64,000 nt of DNA, from NCBI GenBank assembly GCA_965214095.1, contig OZ243938.1, positions 3,392,001 through 3,456,000 on the forward strand, written 5' to 3'. The position numbers and the translations under genes are program-made. The notes under the pieces were generated by a model. The model searched no databases. It had not been told where the DNA came from and worked only from the letters and a program-made list of their open reading frames with translations. Source of the DNA: Candidatus Poribacteria bacterium. GTDB lineage: Bacteria; Poribacteria; WGA-4E; WGA-3G. Of the stretch, positions 11,101 through 17,766 are shown piece after piece; position 1 is the stretch's first letter, and every line of letters begins with the position of its first letter.

Positions 11101-12287
11101 CCCAATTTTATAGTAATAACGGTATGAAGGAATTAGCAGAAAGTTATGTAATGAAGGGCGGTTTTATACCTGAAGACAAGTGGATTATTCTTGCTCCATT
11201 TGTGAACATAGATTCAAACGGACATATAATAGATTACATTCCTGAGGAGACAATGCAGATTGATCCAACAGCAAAATATTACGGTAGAGATCGACTCATC
11301 AGTTGGGAAGAATCGAAATATAGGTCGTTAGACGGTCATTACAATTTTGCTGAACCGATTGATGAATCTGCTGCTTATTTTTGGGCAATCGCTGTCTCTC
11401 CAGAAGAACGCAATGTTACAATCCGATTTGACAGTGACGATCACGGCACAGTCTGGTTAAACGGCAAACAAGTACATAAGAAAGACGGAAGCAGAGGTCA
11501 GAGAATTGACAGACATTCTTTTCCAGTCACATTAAAACAAGGGGAGAACAAATTCCTCCTCAAGGTTTGCAACTCAACACAGGCATGGGGTTTCTATTTT
11601 CGCATAACAGACGATGTTGGAATGCCGTTTGACGACCTGACATATAAATCTGCAGATGAGTTGCTCAGTGCTACTCCGCCAGAACCAAAATTCCACCTGT
11701 ATACCGTTCTTGGTATGATCGAATACTACAGCAAGAACGACATGCAAGAAAAGGCTATGGAAGAAATGCTCAAGACCGGTCTGATTCATGAAAATCAATG
11801 GTTAGTTCTGGGACCCTTTGACAATACTGAAGGAATTGGATATAACACCGCATATATTCCAGAAGATGCTACAGAGATCAATTTAAATACCGAATATGAT
11901 GGTATTGATGGAAAAGTAATATGGAAAAAATCTACAGATGAGACTTTCAACGGCTATATTGATTTTGATCGGAATGAAAATTGGCGTGTCTCTTACGCAT
12001 GGGTAACTCTCACTTCTCCTGATGAAAGAGACGTGCAATTCCGCATCGGCAGTGACGACCAGAGTAAAATTTGGCTCAACGGCAAAGAGGTGTACGCATT
12101 TCCAAATTATCGTTGGGCAAAAGTTGATAACGATACAATACCGGTTACACTCAAGGCTGGGAAGAACACTATACTTGTCAAAATCTGCAATGAAGAACGG
12201 AGTTGGGGCTTCTACTTCCGCATTACTGATGCTGATGGAAAACCTATGCCAGATCTCAAAATCAATGAAATTCAAAATAATCAGTAA
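2103..12287 (+). CDS. Giant exported TPR-repeat protein with an inserted LamG-like domain and two C-terminal PA14-like beta-sandwich domains (3394 aa)
   Basis: RBS GGAGG, N-terminal signal peptide (..TFA/QD) and dozens of TPR-like repeats. LamG motifs (LTVSAWIRP, WHHIAAV, GQIDEVRIWN) and two SDDxxxxWLNG...LKxGxNxxLxKxCN...WGFYFRITD domains are present. Confidence 0.88.
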   Translation: MIGREKSLFVVFLFCLFVLTLYLTRITFAQDVTNDEQIIERYKLMLVRKPKEGSTFDRVYQFYLENAGLEALVSDYQAESQATPDDANVQLILGHIYKRLGKDTEALTIYQRAVELAPNKYYPHVALGQMYATLRQHEEAIQELNKAASLSEQAQNVPPEELTAIYKALGNAYFSRDKVDEAIQAWKKISELDPDDIFARIELADLFREQELFEQAIAQHEAIIQLKKDEPYRVCLSRREIGNIHEAKGDFEKAIQHYDEALTLTAPGNWLRKDLQHRIIGIFAADSNWEGLIEYYQAKLETTPNEPELIGQLAAAYIENQQLEEGMKTYRQGLALAPTDAALRLNLIASLRNAEKYEDAAAEYEVLSEQDPDDFGIYRELGELYLQIGNQAKAKSVYQKMIDRDPNNPSTHLILAEIYAGHEWIEDGIEQYEKAITLAPKNLDFIEYFGDFYFRQGDREKALETWNRMVAGELNTAENNNQLAELLNAKKFKAEAVAATRKAVELMPDEYRYREALAKQLMENNEYEDALQEFTKAMELAPNAFFAEKMDDKRIELFRRQGTLLEKIEELETELEKTGLAEADVFTYHRQLAKMYLRLGNVTYALEVLLKAKEQEPHDIGVNRWLAEVYHRQGRRDDSNAVYMHLIELDSANAREYHANIAKSYLNVLDFEAAATAAKQVIAHSPRNPEGHQLLAQVAKQSGEYETAIDSLKQAVRLRPEAIDIRRELAAIYKLSGKLQQSLSQYWRCWELSHNINEKLTFVKPLSEVYYDLGRRGEFEERLKQMAKSNTVGVGPVLALTELYRLEGDLPSARFQLAQALNKQREDPELLTHLVQISMELGDLQDALSYQQRLVKVDPDYAHQRQLGELLFDAGREQEAIQAWTKLLHAKNQTLEAEVKLAALLLRHGRSEEAFIVLDRASEKISGTDAHLPLYRLGTMLVSMNEPERAQTYFHRILEMSEPIGNTSNKKSAQPSIFYSSSVPGIERNKFRILRSSVGTIQSRPNFAGASMPWTPKDFEEAQSGALVQLTTIAQSQGKLPELIKHFEDNAEVNPTDVKSIEILVKLYTLVQFDDKAKEAIDRLVEISPNDSAYQPLKLHRIMEENPDYETLKKSLKEMPGMDNVSQLAYIAEYAQMLYHKDKKEDAAKLLSEIENVNVTDINTGFELIDAFHLIDKVDIAERLLTNLPVPPQKQQYQYMRKFESLTDDYIKKDELEKATALFWTYCERTKPTKINPRRVAALAQTSYYYGGYRPIQTSYPAPTAYFNSDRLGYLQSIFRDFWMRDQQQLLFTKFQTEFETTEGRNKIFPALALSYCYWWDENGDEAQQVLTVLQQEFPDDLTLKLNTALASIQTGEHKVATELLENLVATEPRNRKQYQDLLLQLFIRTGDTVAIRELMSKMLSSPIGGTELYQFSQILQDAGFTQYAIAAAKKAMTLAMVQRNPNFLIQLGQHLGNLGRGQDASLLAERALRFANRPDRYGRMMYSWNFQQATKLVNQSKSIKEREDKFITDVEKNPESFQAQLRLAMYYEGTNKISKAAETFKAALKLQPKDDMVRLRYVQMMERNGKANDVIPEYLTLLKNDSSALGYNYKTAVDAFVAAEKFDALISLVKDMIDPVGKYAGSDLTASVGRRCLKEEKVDDAIEIFKKIIKVHPSWYYIHQDLANAYIAAGDVEKAVQYLTDMHELEKTSLTQSQFVLKIAEYYEEAGEREKAIQYIREQLSSDDSSDSDTSYVLKLAELYKEDEKLDSFIAEYDAKLAEFPEDTKLLYLTANLKLSAEDTEGASNHVDQLIDTSLGTVQTNWLYSLAQASDDAGSHKLQFHILEAIAEKLERENSWKLEECYKKLGEAYAKRDELEKAQNAFRKMGTLQIMKDNQTSIYEKRNLGSTYMQHKMWDDAEAIFTEIINDLKASSYDREYSQERVMRIKQQRGEFNTAEQITENLQDMSVGMRRAMAKELMQRNQIDKAIEVYEKIEKEMPEDFESRTQLASLYTRNNRHERAIEIWNGLIDADPENTKFQDGLVDSLQDAGKEEEALQITLKYIEAEPDIGVHHIRLAKLYTNNNRIDDAIATYEKAIELAPGDRQIYLQMAQLYFLKDDMDNVEKAYRNAIQTTPSEYDRQNTERQIIALYRLQGNLEEKMQKAEEEGTITFEMQKLWAETLSNKGELQKSIDAYKKAKNMTVNTYEQSDISERMINLQVKLGDTDKVLETYENESSTDTSVRSIMHRPVGVSVESDADSSRVTLINAFKDKNILDELKTRYESKLEKKPDDVLALSVLANIYWDEEDYKKAGETYQKLSKSQSDNIFNFYYAAVAFKKDKQAELFKEIIKKAESAIETSSNSHDMYYLAGLGTFCYENKLYEPAIKLTKLAIEESRRYGGNYMKDRLYQLLAKNYQATKQYEKAVEAYRSVPSDSNINVQSEIRNIAKEGKLFEKWIPEQLKKVEKDPENTNLRLTLAQNYEYVEKFKEAIAQYEILTSLKPDNSEWHKKLGDLYANLAIERRETGEVVEDTTLTLTGERSYVSIADSETLNNITEQLTVSAWIRPTGYPNEYTKIILKTDERGQNPHVRSFHLQLVEGGKIRTTSAPQDKSFVSISSPANTIKLNNWHHIAAVIDVKKDSFKLFIDGNEVGRSNYRGAKSIHKSQLPFRIGWLHWNDPKLNKSYVGQIDEVRIWNIPRTEEQIRTDMNKQLNGDEPGLIGYWKFDEVKEGIITDSSPNNNDAKLVADAKLEPYKRPVFETTENENKAKSTAAYNKALELNPDSYNYYDLLAKSYLKSDKNADAEKVYRQALDAPLTQSNHDSAVRAIAGLYTADNQAEKLVAILEEIRPRMQSRAVMHRFLAETYEKLKDTEKSQLAYDRWLKIREKEMNRSTSNYSLHNFAKELLDKDLYPEVALKFAKRALQSYTNVSYTYPSTVGRACIANELYDDAIKFYSYAFSATSTISATDSIWRTVLNEGEKHKDNKQYRQLLDNLIDSIPKKEFSKWANGHRMVAQFYSNNGMKELAESYVMKGGFIPEDKWIILAPFVNIDSNGHIIDYIPEETMQIDPTAKYYGRDRLISWEESKYRSLDGHYNFAEPIDESAAYFWAIAVSPEERNVTIRFDSDDHGTVWLNGKQVHKKDGSRGQRIDRHSFPVTLKQGENKFLLKVCNSTQAWGFYFRITDDVGMPFDDLTYKSADELLSATPPEPKFHLYTVLGMIEYYSKNDMQEKAMEEMLKTGLIHENQWLVLGPFDNTEGIGYNTAYIPEDATEINLNTEYDGIDGKVIWKKSTDETFNGYIDFDRNENWRVSYAWVTLTSPDERDVQFRIGSDDQSKIWLNGKEVYAFPNYRWAKVDNDTIPVTLKAGKNTILVKICNEERSWGFYFRITDADGKPMPDLKINEIQNNQ

Positions 12288-12363
12288 GCGGTGTTCTTTT
12301 TGAAGAGAATCAACGCTGAATACGCTTGTGGTATTTAGGCAAATCAACGTCAAATGCACCAAA

Positions 12364-12564
12364 TCAAAGACATTCAGTTCGAAAAGTCCTTCCCTTTCGA
12401 AGGGAATCGAAGCCTGATTGACCTACGTGAGTTGCCACCAACATTAGAAATGCACTAACAACAGCAGCAGCGGCAGCGAAAGCACCAACACATGCAGGAT
12501 TGGTTAAGAACTCAACTATTTTCTCAATCAAAATAACATTATCCCAAGAAGTTTCTTTATCCAC
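12364..12564 (-). CDS. Small hypothetical protein with one hydrophobic segment (possible fragment)
   Basis: 66-aa ORF co-oriented just downstream of the nuclease fusion; no recognisable motif. Confidence 0.3.
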   Translation of the reverse strand: MDKETSWDNVILIEKIVEFLTNPACVGAFAAAAAVVSAFLMLVATHVGQSGFDSLRKGRTFRTECL

Positions 12565-12594
12565 CTGTGGTTGTAGACACGTTAATCTATTTTA

Positions 12595-13536
12595 CTATCG
12601 CAAACTAATTCCCCACAGTCCTTTCCTATCAGCTTTCGCACGAGACTCATAATCTGTAAACAACTCTTCATACTTGAATGAGTAACGAAGATCAGCCTTC
12701 GCATACCCCTCACGGATCATCTCAAGATTCACAAAAACACCATCAGAAGAGCGATAAACATACCCGAGTATCCTGTCATATTGATCAAAAATGTGTTCGT
12801 CAAAACGAAGATATATTGTATCATCCAACAGGAATTCTTGTAGGTATCTGAACGCATCATGTCCGTATGGTTCGGGGGGTGTGCGTGGATGTACTATTTC
12901 GGGTGAGTTGACACCAAAAAGTTGAACACTTTTGAGTTTGCCCTTATATTTAATTTCAAAAGTATCGCCATCAATAATTCTTACGACTTTATAGTGAGTC
13001 TCTTTTGGGAGAAGTTGGAAAATATTAAACCCTATTGCAATTACAAGTAGCACTGCTAAAGTATATTTTATGAAATTTGATCTGCGTGTTGATTTATGAT
13101 ATTCCTTTGTTGTTTGTTGAAAGATAACTTGATTCTTTCGGTCTAATGTTGGAAGGTCAGAAACTTGTTGTTCAAATTTAGCTTTCTTTCTTACGCGAAA
13201 TACATTAGAACGTAAATTCTCACAATATATCCATTCATTAGGATTGGCATTGAATGCAAGAATACCAAAACGTGTGTCTGTCGCACTCAGGTAACCTTTG
13301 AGTTGATCGCGTGCTTTTTCCGAATCTCCGTTTTTCTCACCCTTACACTCAACAATAGCAGCCCAGTATCCATCTTTATCCTTTAACACAACATCTGCAA
13401 TGCCATTCATCTTGAATTTACCCGCGCCGATATGGATGTGGCACTCGGTATCTACAGTAAAGTCGTTGAACTTGCTTCCGTCAAAGTATGTTATAACGGC
13501 TTTACAAACTTCTTCTTCAGATAGTAATTTATCCAT
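12595..13536 (-). CDS. PD-(D/E)XK (HsdR_N-like) nuclease - TM helix - thermonuclease (SNase) fusion, copy 1
   Basis: N-terminal ADVVL...IVECK...QLKGY; TM segment YTLAVLLVIAIGFNIF; C-terminal VVRIIDGDT...GVNSPE...DQYDRILGYVY...KADRKGLW. Confidence 0.85.
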   Translation of the reverse strand: MDKLLSEEEVCKAVITYFDGSKFNDFTVDTECHIHIGAGKFKMNGIADVVLKDKDGYWAAIVECKGEKNGDSEKARDQLKGYLSATDTRFGILAFNANPNEWIYCENLRSNVFRVRKKAKFEQQVSDLPTLDRKNQVIFQQTTKEYHKSTRRSNFIKYTLAVLLVIAIGFNIFQLLPKETHYKVVRIIDGDTFEIKYKGKLKSVQLFGVNSPEIVHPRTPPEPYGHDAFRYLQEFLLDDTIYLRFDEHIFDQYDRILGYVYRSSDGVFVNLEMIREGYAKADLRYSFKYEELFTDYESRAKADRKGLWGISLR

Positions 13537-13578
13537 ATTTATCCTAAAATGATTTCAAGGTTGTTGTCAAAGTGACAG

Positions 13579-13965
13579 TTATTCTTTTATGATGATTACA
13601 TCGCTATCGTGATTGTATATAATAGTATCATTCATAACTTCAGCAAGTTTGCGTTTTGCATCCGAAAACTCCCAATTGGCAGCTTTCACACGGGCTTCAC
13701 ATATTTTTACATGTCGAAGTGCTTGCTGGATAGATGAACCCGGCAACCAAGACTGCACTTTAGCAACATCAGAAACGTTATCACTGACGACATTTTTCTC
13801 ACTACCTTTCAAGATACTCACTCGGTGCTTACAATACAACTTACTCTGGCCAGCCTGACATGTGCAAAATGCCGTGAGTTCTTTTCCATTTCTTACGAAT
13901 GTGACTTCGTAAGGTTTTGGTGTTGAACCTTGAACGAGGAACCGTATGCTTGCTGTTGCTTTCAT
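13579..13965 (-). CDS. SWIM zinc-finger protein, copy 1
   Basis: GSTPKPYEV...CTC-x8-CKH SWIM motif followed by a coiled-coil tail. Confidence 0.82.
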   Translation of the reverse strand: MKATASIRFLVQGSTPKPYEVTFVRNGKELTAFCTCQAGQSKLYCKHRVSILKGSEKNVVSDNVSDVAKVQSWLPGSSIQQALRHVKICEARVKAANWEFSDAKRKLAEVMNDTIIYNHDSDVIIIKE

Positions 13966-14109
13966 AAATATCCCAACTTTCGTGTGAACTATAGTCCTTT
14001 TTCAATTTGTCTCTCCGCGTGAGCATAAAACCAGTGATCCTATTTCTGAATAAAAGGAATATTCGCTAATATCTGAAAGTCTACGTGTGGACGTACAGGA
14101 CTATCATAC

Positions 14110-14344
14110 CCAAGCGTCAGATAGGTATAAAACTTGTCATTAACAGGCTTATCGCTAACAGCATCGGTTTTGAGATGAAACGTTTTTCTGCCGAAACCGT
14201 GTGCTTCCATCTGGTTAGCATAAAGAGACTGAACTATTTTGATCTATGTGGATATTTTGGTGGGAATGTCATGTTGAATTGTCCTGTCACGGCAGCAGGA
14301 ATCGTAAAAAGCAGCAACAAGCACAAAACACTATTATTTGGCAA
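14110..14344 (-). pseudogene. Decayed 5' part of a secreted-protein gene; 36-codon leader ORF at 14344-14234
   Basis: RBS AGGAGAGG + TTG opens MPNNSVLCLLLLFTIPAAVTGQFNMTFPPKYPHRSK*. A shifted frame reads DRTIQHDIPTKIST*IKIVQSLYANQMEAHGFGRKTFHLKTD, which resembles a recurrent Poribacteria secreted domain (recalled, not searched). Confidence 0.55.
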
Positions 14345-14360
14345 TCCCTCTCCTAAAGAT

Positions 14361-14389
14361 AGTATGCCAAAGAAATGAATTTATGTCAA
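14361..14389 (-). promoter_or_regulatory. Sigma70-type promoter for module copy 1
   Basis: Minus strand TTGACA-N17-CATACT preceded by TG; identical in copy 2. Confidence 0.75.
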
Positions 14390-14431
14390 GCAGTTTGTCA
14401 TTATCAAAACAGGCGTTCATAGTCGCGCAAT

Positions 14432-14605
14432 TCATTGAGCATCTTGCGTAAGACTGCCACATAAGGATTTGCCTTCTATAGCTACCGCATTCTTATCGTC
14501 TTCCTGTGTAGCTGCGAACACATCCGCTGCCCACGCACTGAGTGTTTTTTCTAAAGCAATAATGTCTAAATCGTTGAAACAATAATGGAGCGTTGAGGCA
14601 CAAGG
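14432..14605 (-). pseudogene. ISAs1-family transposase remnant
   Basis: STLHYCFNDLDIIALEKTLSAW...AVAIEGKSLCGS resembles the ISAs1 AIDGKTLRGS motif. It is cut off by REP repeats on both sides. Confidence 0.6.
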
Positions 14606-14616
14606 TGTCTTCAGAC

Positions 14617-14745
14617 GTAGGTCGGGTAGAGGGCACGAAACCCGACAAGTATGATTGTGGCTATCCTGTCGGTTAGAGTCACGACACCCGACTTTATTGA
14701 CGATAAATGGCTGCATGTCGGGTTTCGTGCCTCTACCCGACCTAC
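14617..14745. repeat. REP doublet (REPIN), GTAGGTCGGGTAGAG family
   Basis: GTAGGTCGGGTAGAGGGCACGAAACCCGAC and the inverted copy GTCGGGTTTCGTGCCTCTACCCGACCTAC. The family also occurs at about 30845, 33681 and 38081. Confidence 0.85.
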
Positions 14746-15223
14746 AAGATTAGTATAGACAGAACACTATGTTTCCTAACCTCGCCTCAGCAATGTGTAG
14801 AATTAATTCAATAATTTACCAAAATTACCGATATTTACTCAATTTACGTTTAATTGCTAATTGGTAAAAGCTGAATAAATTCAAATCAGTGCCGAATACC
14901 AAATCAACGGTATGAATGTGGTTTGTAGGGGGTTCCAACCCCGATTTTTTCCCAAAACCTTTCGCACTGTTGGTACTTGGTTCCGTATGATATTCTATAC
15001 ACCTTCTTGCACCGCTAATGCTGAAAAGTCTTCTACTACAGCCTCGTAGAGGCGAAAGGTGTATAGTACACGTTGAACCCACTAACAGCAAGCCCAGAGG
15101 GGCGACAGGTGTATTCCATGCACAAACGTAACTCACTAAATTGACGCATAAGGTTCGGTTTCCTAACCGAACCGGATCTTCCGAGAAAACCTTTATGAAC
15201 GCCATTGGCACAAATCCGGTCCT

Positions 15224-15854
15224 GATGTGGATGGCAAGACAGCTTCAGAGAGTGAACCGAATGACAAGGCTTCTTAGGAAGTGAAACCGAGAAATAATCT
15301 AAAAGACCTTTTACAAAATGATACTCCAGAGAAAGAATCTGAACCCGTTGAAGATGCACCTGTTAAGGAGAATAAAAGTCAACGGGCTCCGTCAAGACAG
15401 GGTAAAAAGCTTGTCAGTGGATATTTTGATCCGGATGCACACATGCAATTGAAATTGCTATCTGGAAACGGGGAAACCGATGCAGGGGTTGTTGACAGAT
15501 ACACCATAGGTGTCAATTTAAGGATATTTACCTGTGAAGGATTTTGGAAGTTTATTTTTATCATACACACCTTTCGCACCGCTGGTGCTTGGTTTCTTGT
15601 GGTGGACATTTTCTATACACCTTTCGCACCGCTGGTGCTGATATGTGATTTATAAAAGCCTCGGAGAGGCAGCATGCGCGTGTGGCATGCTGCATGAGGT
15701 GTATAGCGCGTAATATCAACACAGCCCAAGCCCCAGCGGGCCGACAGGTGTAACAAATGCACAAACTTTACTCACTAAATTGACGCCTATGGGTTTGTTG
15801 ACAGATGCACTGAATGTTCTTTTTAAGATGCATGACAAACCGCCAATCGTATAA
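15224..15854 (+). pseudogene. Decayed plasmid-type partition cassette: ParA C-terminal remnant plus ribbon-helix-helix protein split by a MITE
   Basis: DGKTASESEPNDKAS*EV resembles a ParA C-terminus. SRQGKKLVSGYFDPDAHMQLKLLS continues, after a frameshift and removal of 15505-15791, as MQGLLTDALNVLFKMHDKPPIV*. Confidence 0.6.
15505..15791. mobile_element. IS4/IS231-like MITE (family B) with a 19-bp direct repeat
   Basis: TIR CATAGGTGTCAATTTA / TAAATTGACGCCTATG. Flanks 15486-15504 and 15792-15810 match 17/19. Internal hairpin repeats are present. Confidence 0.82.
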
Positions 15855-16095
15855 AGGTGAATATTGTGTCAATATGTGGTGTTCATCAAAAAGAACAATA
15901 TGCGGGATCGGCTGAAATGTGGTTGGATCGGACAATACAACTTACAAATGGCAAAGAGACCTTTTATAGCCACATCGCTAAATATTACTTGAATTTCATC
16001 CTTGACCATGAACGATAGATGCACAGAAATGTTCTTTGATGTTTTCCTGTGGCAATGTTCAAGGTTAACTGTGAGAATGTAATGGGATTGGAAGA

Positions 16096-17247
16096 TCACG
16101 TCTCAATACTGAACTCTTCTGTTTCCTCTGCACTCTTTTCGGTCTCAGTTAGTGTCGGATTATCGTAACTTTGCACAGCTACTTTCAACTGCTCTGCGTA
16201 ATTATAAATATCGTCTACACCCTCAAGTTCGACCCGACTATATTTTTTTGTCCCACCTGAACCTAAGTTGTCACTATCAAGTAATCCCAAGTATTTATTC
16301 TTACTATTAAAATATAGGCGACATATAGGTTTTTTCCTGCTATCATCCAGTATAATACCCATGTAACTTATGGTGTCACGGTGAAATATGCGTTCTGGAT
16401 CAACTACTTCACGGACAATTGACTTGATGATATAATATCCCTCTAACTCTTCTTCGGTTGTTACAATATTGGATTCTTCGTCATCTATTGATTCATCAAT
16501 GTCATCAACTTCAGTTGGTTCTTCCGCTGTGTTCTCTTCTTTGATTGCAGATTGTAGGCGATAATTAAGTTGTTCATTCATGAATTGGTGTAAGGCACGC
16601 CTTACAATTTCTGTGAATTGTTCCACGACACTTTGTGTTCTAATACCACTATAGACAGATGATAGAAAGAATTTTACAAATTCTGGGTGAGGTGTATCCA
16701 ATTGTTCCATGAGGGTCTGCTTAATTTCTTTTGTATACTTCAAGTCGCTGGCAGCAGAAATGGATTCATCCAAATTAAATGCAGATTTAGTAAACCTTTT
16801 TAGTTCATTGACCAAGGTTGGTTGAATATCAAGCATGTCAATTTCAAGGAAAGGCTTGGTGTCCATTATGTTTGTTTCTTCAAGATCTGTGTAAAAGCGG
16901 TATAAAACACCGTCAGTCAAAACAGCGAAACGAGCGTGAACGACTGAAAAGTAACGGTACAACTGTGATGTGTGAACATCAGACAAATCTTCACCATACT
17001 TCTTACATTCAATAAGCATGATAGCATTTTCATCTTTGAATATGGCGTAGTCAACCTTTTCTCCTTGTTTTGTCCCAATATCTGCAGTAAATTCAGGTAC
17101 AACTTCTCTTGGATTAAATACATCGTATCCCAGTAGGTTAATGAAAGGCATGACAAACGCAGTTTTAGTTGCCTCTTCAGTCTGAATAACCTCTTTTTGT
17201 TCTTCTATTCTGGCGGATAATACCCTAAGATTTTCAATAAAATCCAT
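16096..17247 (-). CDS. HsdR_N-type (type I restriction enzyme N-terminal) nuclease domain protein
   Basis: TEEATKTAFVMPFINLLGYDVFNP...EFTADIGTKQGEKVDYAI...LIECK...QLYRYF; stand-alone, with no helicase, HsdM or HsdS nearby. Confidence 0.88.
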   Translation of the reverse strand: MDFIENLRVLSARIEEQKEVIQTEEATKTAFVMPFINLLGYDVFNPREVVPEFTADIGTKQGEKVDYAIFKDENAIMLIECKKYGEDLSDVHTSQLYRYFSVVHARFAVLTDGVLYRFYTDLEETNIMDTKPFLEIDMLDIQPTLVNELKRFTKSAFNLDESISAASDLKYTKEIKQTLMEQLDTPHPEFVKFFLSSVYSGIRTQSVVEQFTEIVRRALHQFMNEQLNYRLQSAIKEENTAEEPTEVDDIDESIDDEESNIVTTEEELEGYYIIKSIVREVVDPERIFHRDTISYMGIILDDSRKKPICRLYFNSKNKYLGLLDSDNLGSGGTKKYSRVELEGVDDIYNYAEQLKVAVQSYDNPTLTETEKSAEETEEFSIET

Positions 17248-17766
17248 AAAATACCCTTTCTCATACATGATGTGTTATACAACCGGTAATTGTTGTCAAT
17301 TGCCGGTCTTTCAAATAACATTAGATTGTTTCTCATTAGGTGTTCCAGTCTCCAGTCTGTTAATATTGGATGGGTGGCAGATATACCGTGCAGTATGCTT
17401 AGCAGTGTCACCCGACTGGTTCATAAAGTATAGCAAAATACGAGAAATATTACAAATACCTTTATGAAATTACAGAGGCATTCAATTGTCAATATTCTCT
17501 ATCGTGGGAGGGGTTTCCAACCCCGATTTAACAACAAAATCAGTCGTCCTCACGCAATTCACGCACCTATTTTATCTCTTGAAAATGTTTTATTTCACTT
17601 TAGGATAAGAAAACTCGACAATTGAATACCTCTGATGAAATTACGAGAATATGGCGGAAATTTCTACATTAGGTGAGAATTATTCTAAAAGCCAATCATA
17701 TAATAGGTTATTTTATCAAAGATGATTAGGTATTTGGCGTTCATGTTTTACTTTTTCTGATATTGT

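Noticed and set aside
3252-12362. Many short alternative-frame and antisense ORFs within the giant TPR gene, nuo genes, phyH and others
   Set aside because: Shadow ORFs of well-supported genes, with no motifs or RBS.
14230-14250. Stop-codon readthrough of a TAG shared by both leader copies
   Set aside because: The remnant also has a frameshift and is truncated, and copy 2 has a further stop. Shared ancestry of a pseudogene is simpler, and TAG ends normal genes in this window.
14085-14378. + strand ORFs at 14085-14378 and 21059-21331 that resemble each other
   Set aside because: The similarity comes from the DNA duplication. The promoter, RBS and recognisable protein remnant are on the minus strand, and the two ORFs differ in start and stop.
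14825-15764. ORFs 14825-15211, 15036-15359 and 15561-15764, and similarly 37836-38303
   Set aside because: They are translations of REP/MITE sequence with no protein motifs.
16096-17247. Complete type I restriction-modification system
   Set aside because: Only an HsdR_N-like domain is present; there are no helicase motifs, hsdM or hsdS.
17282-17424. 37-aa minus-strand ORF with an XRE-like SNINRLETG segment, and a hairpin at 17282-17307
   Set aside because: Too short and weak to call without a search; it may be a decayed regulator.
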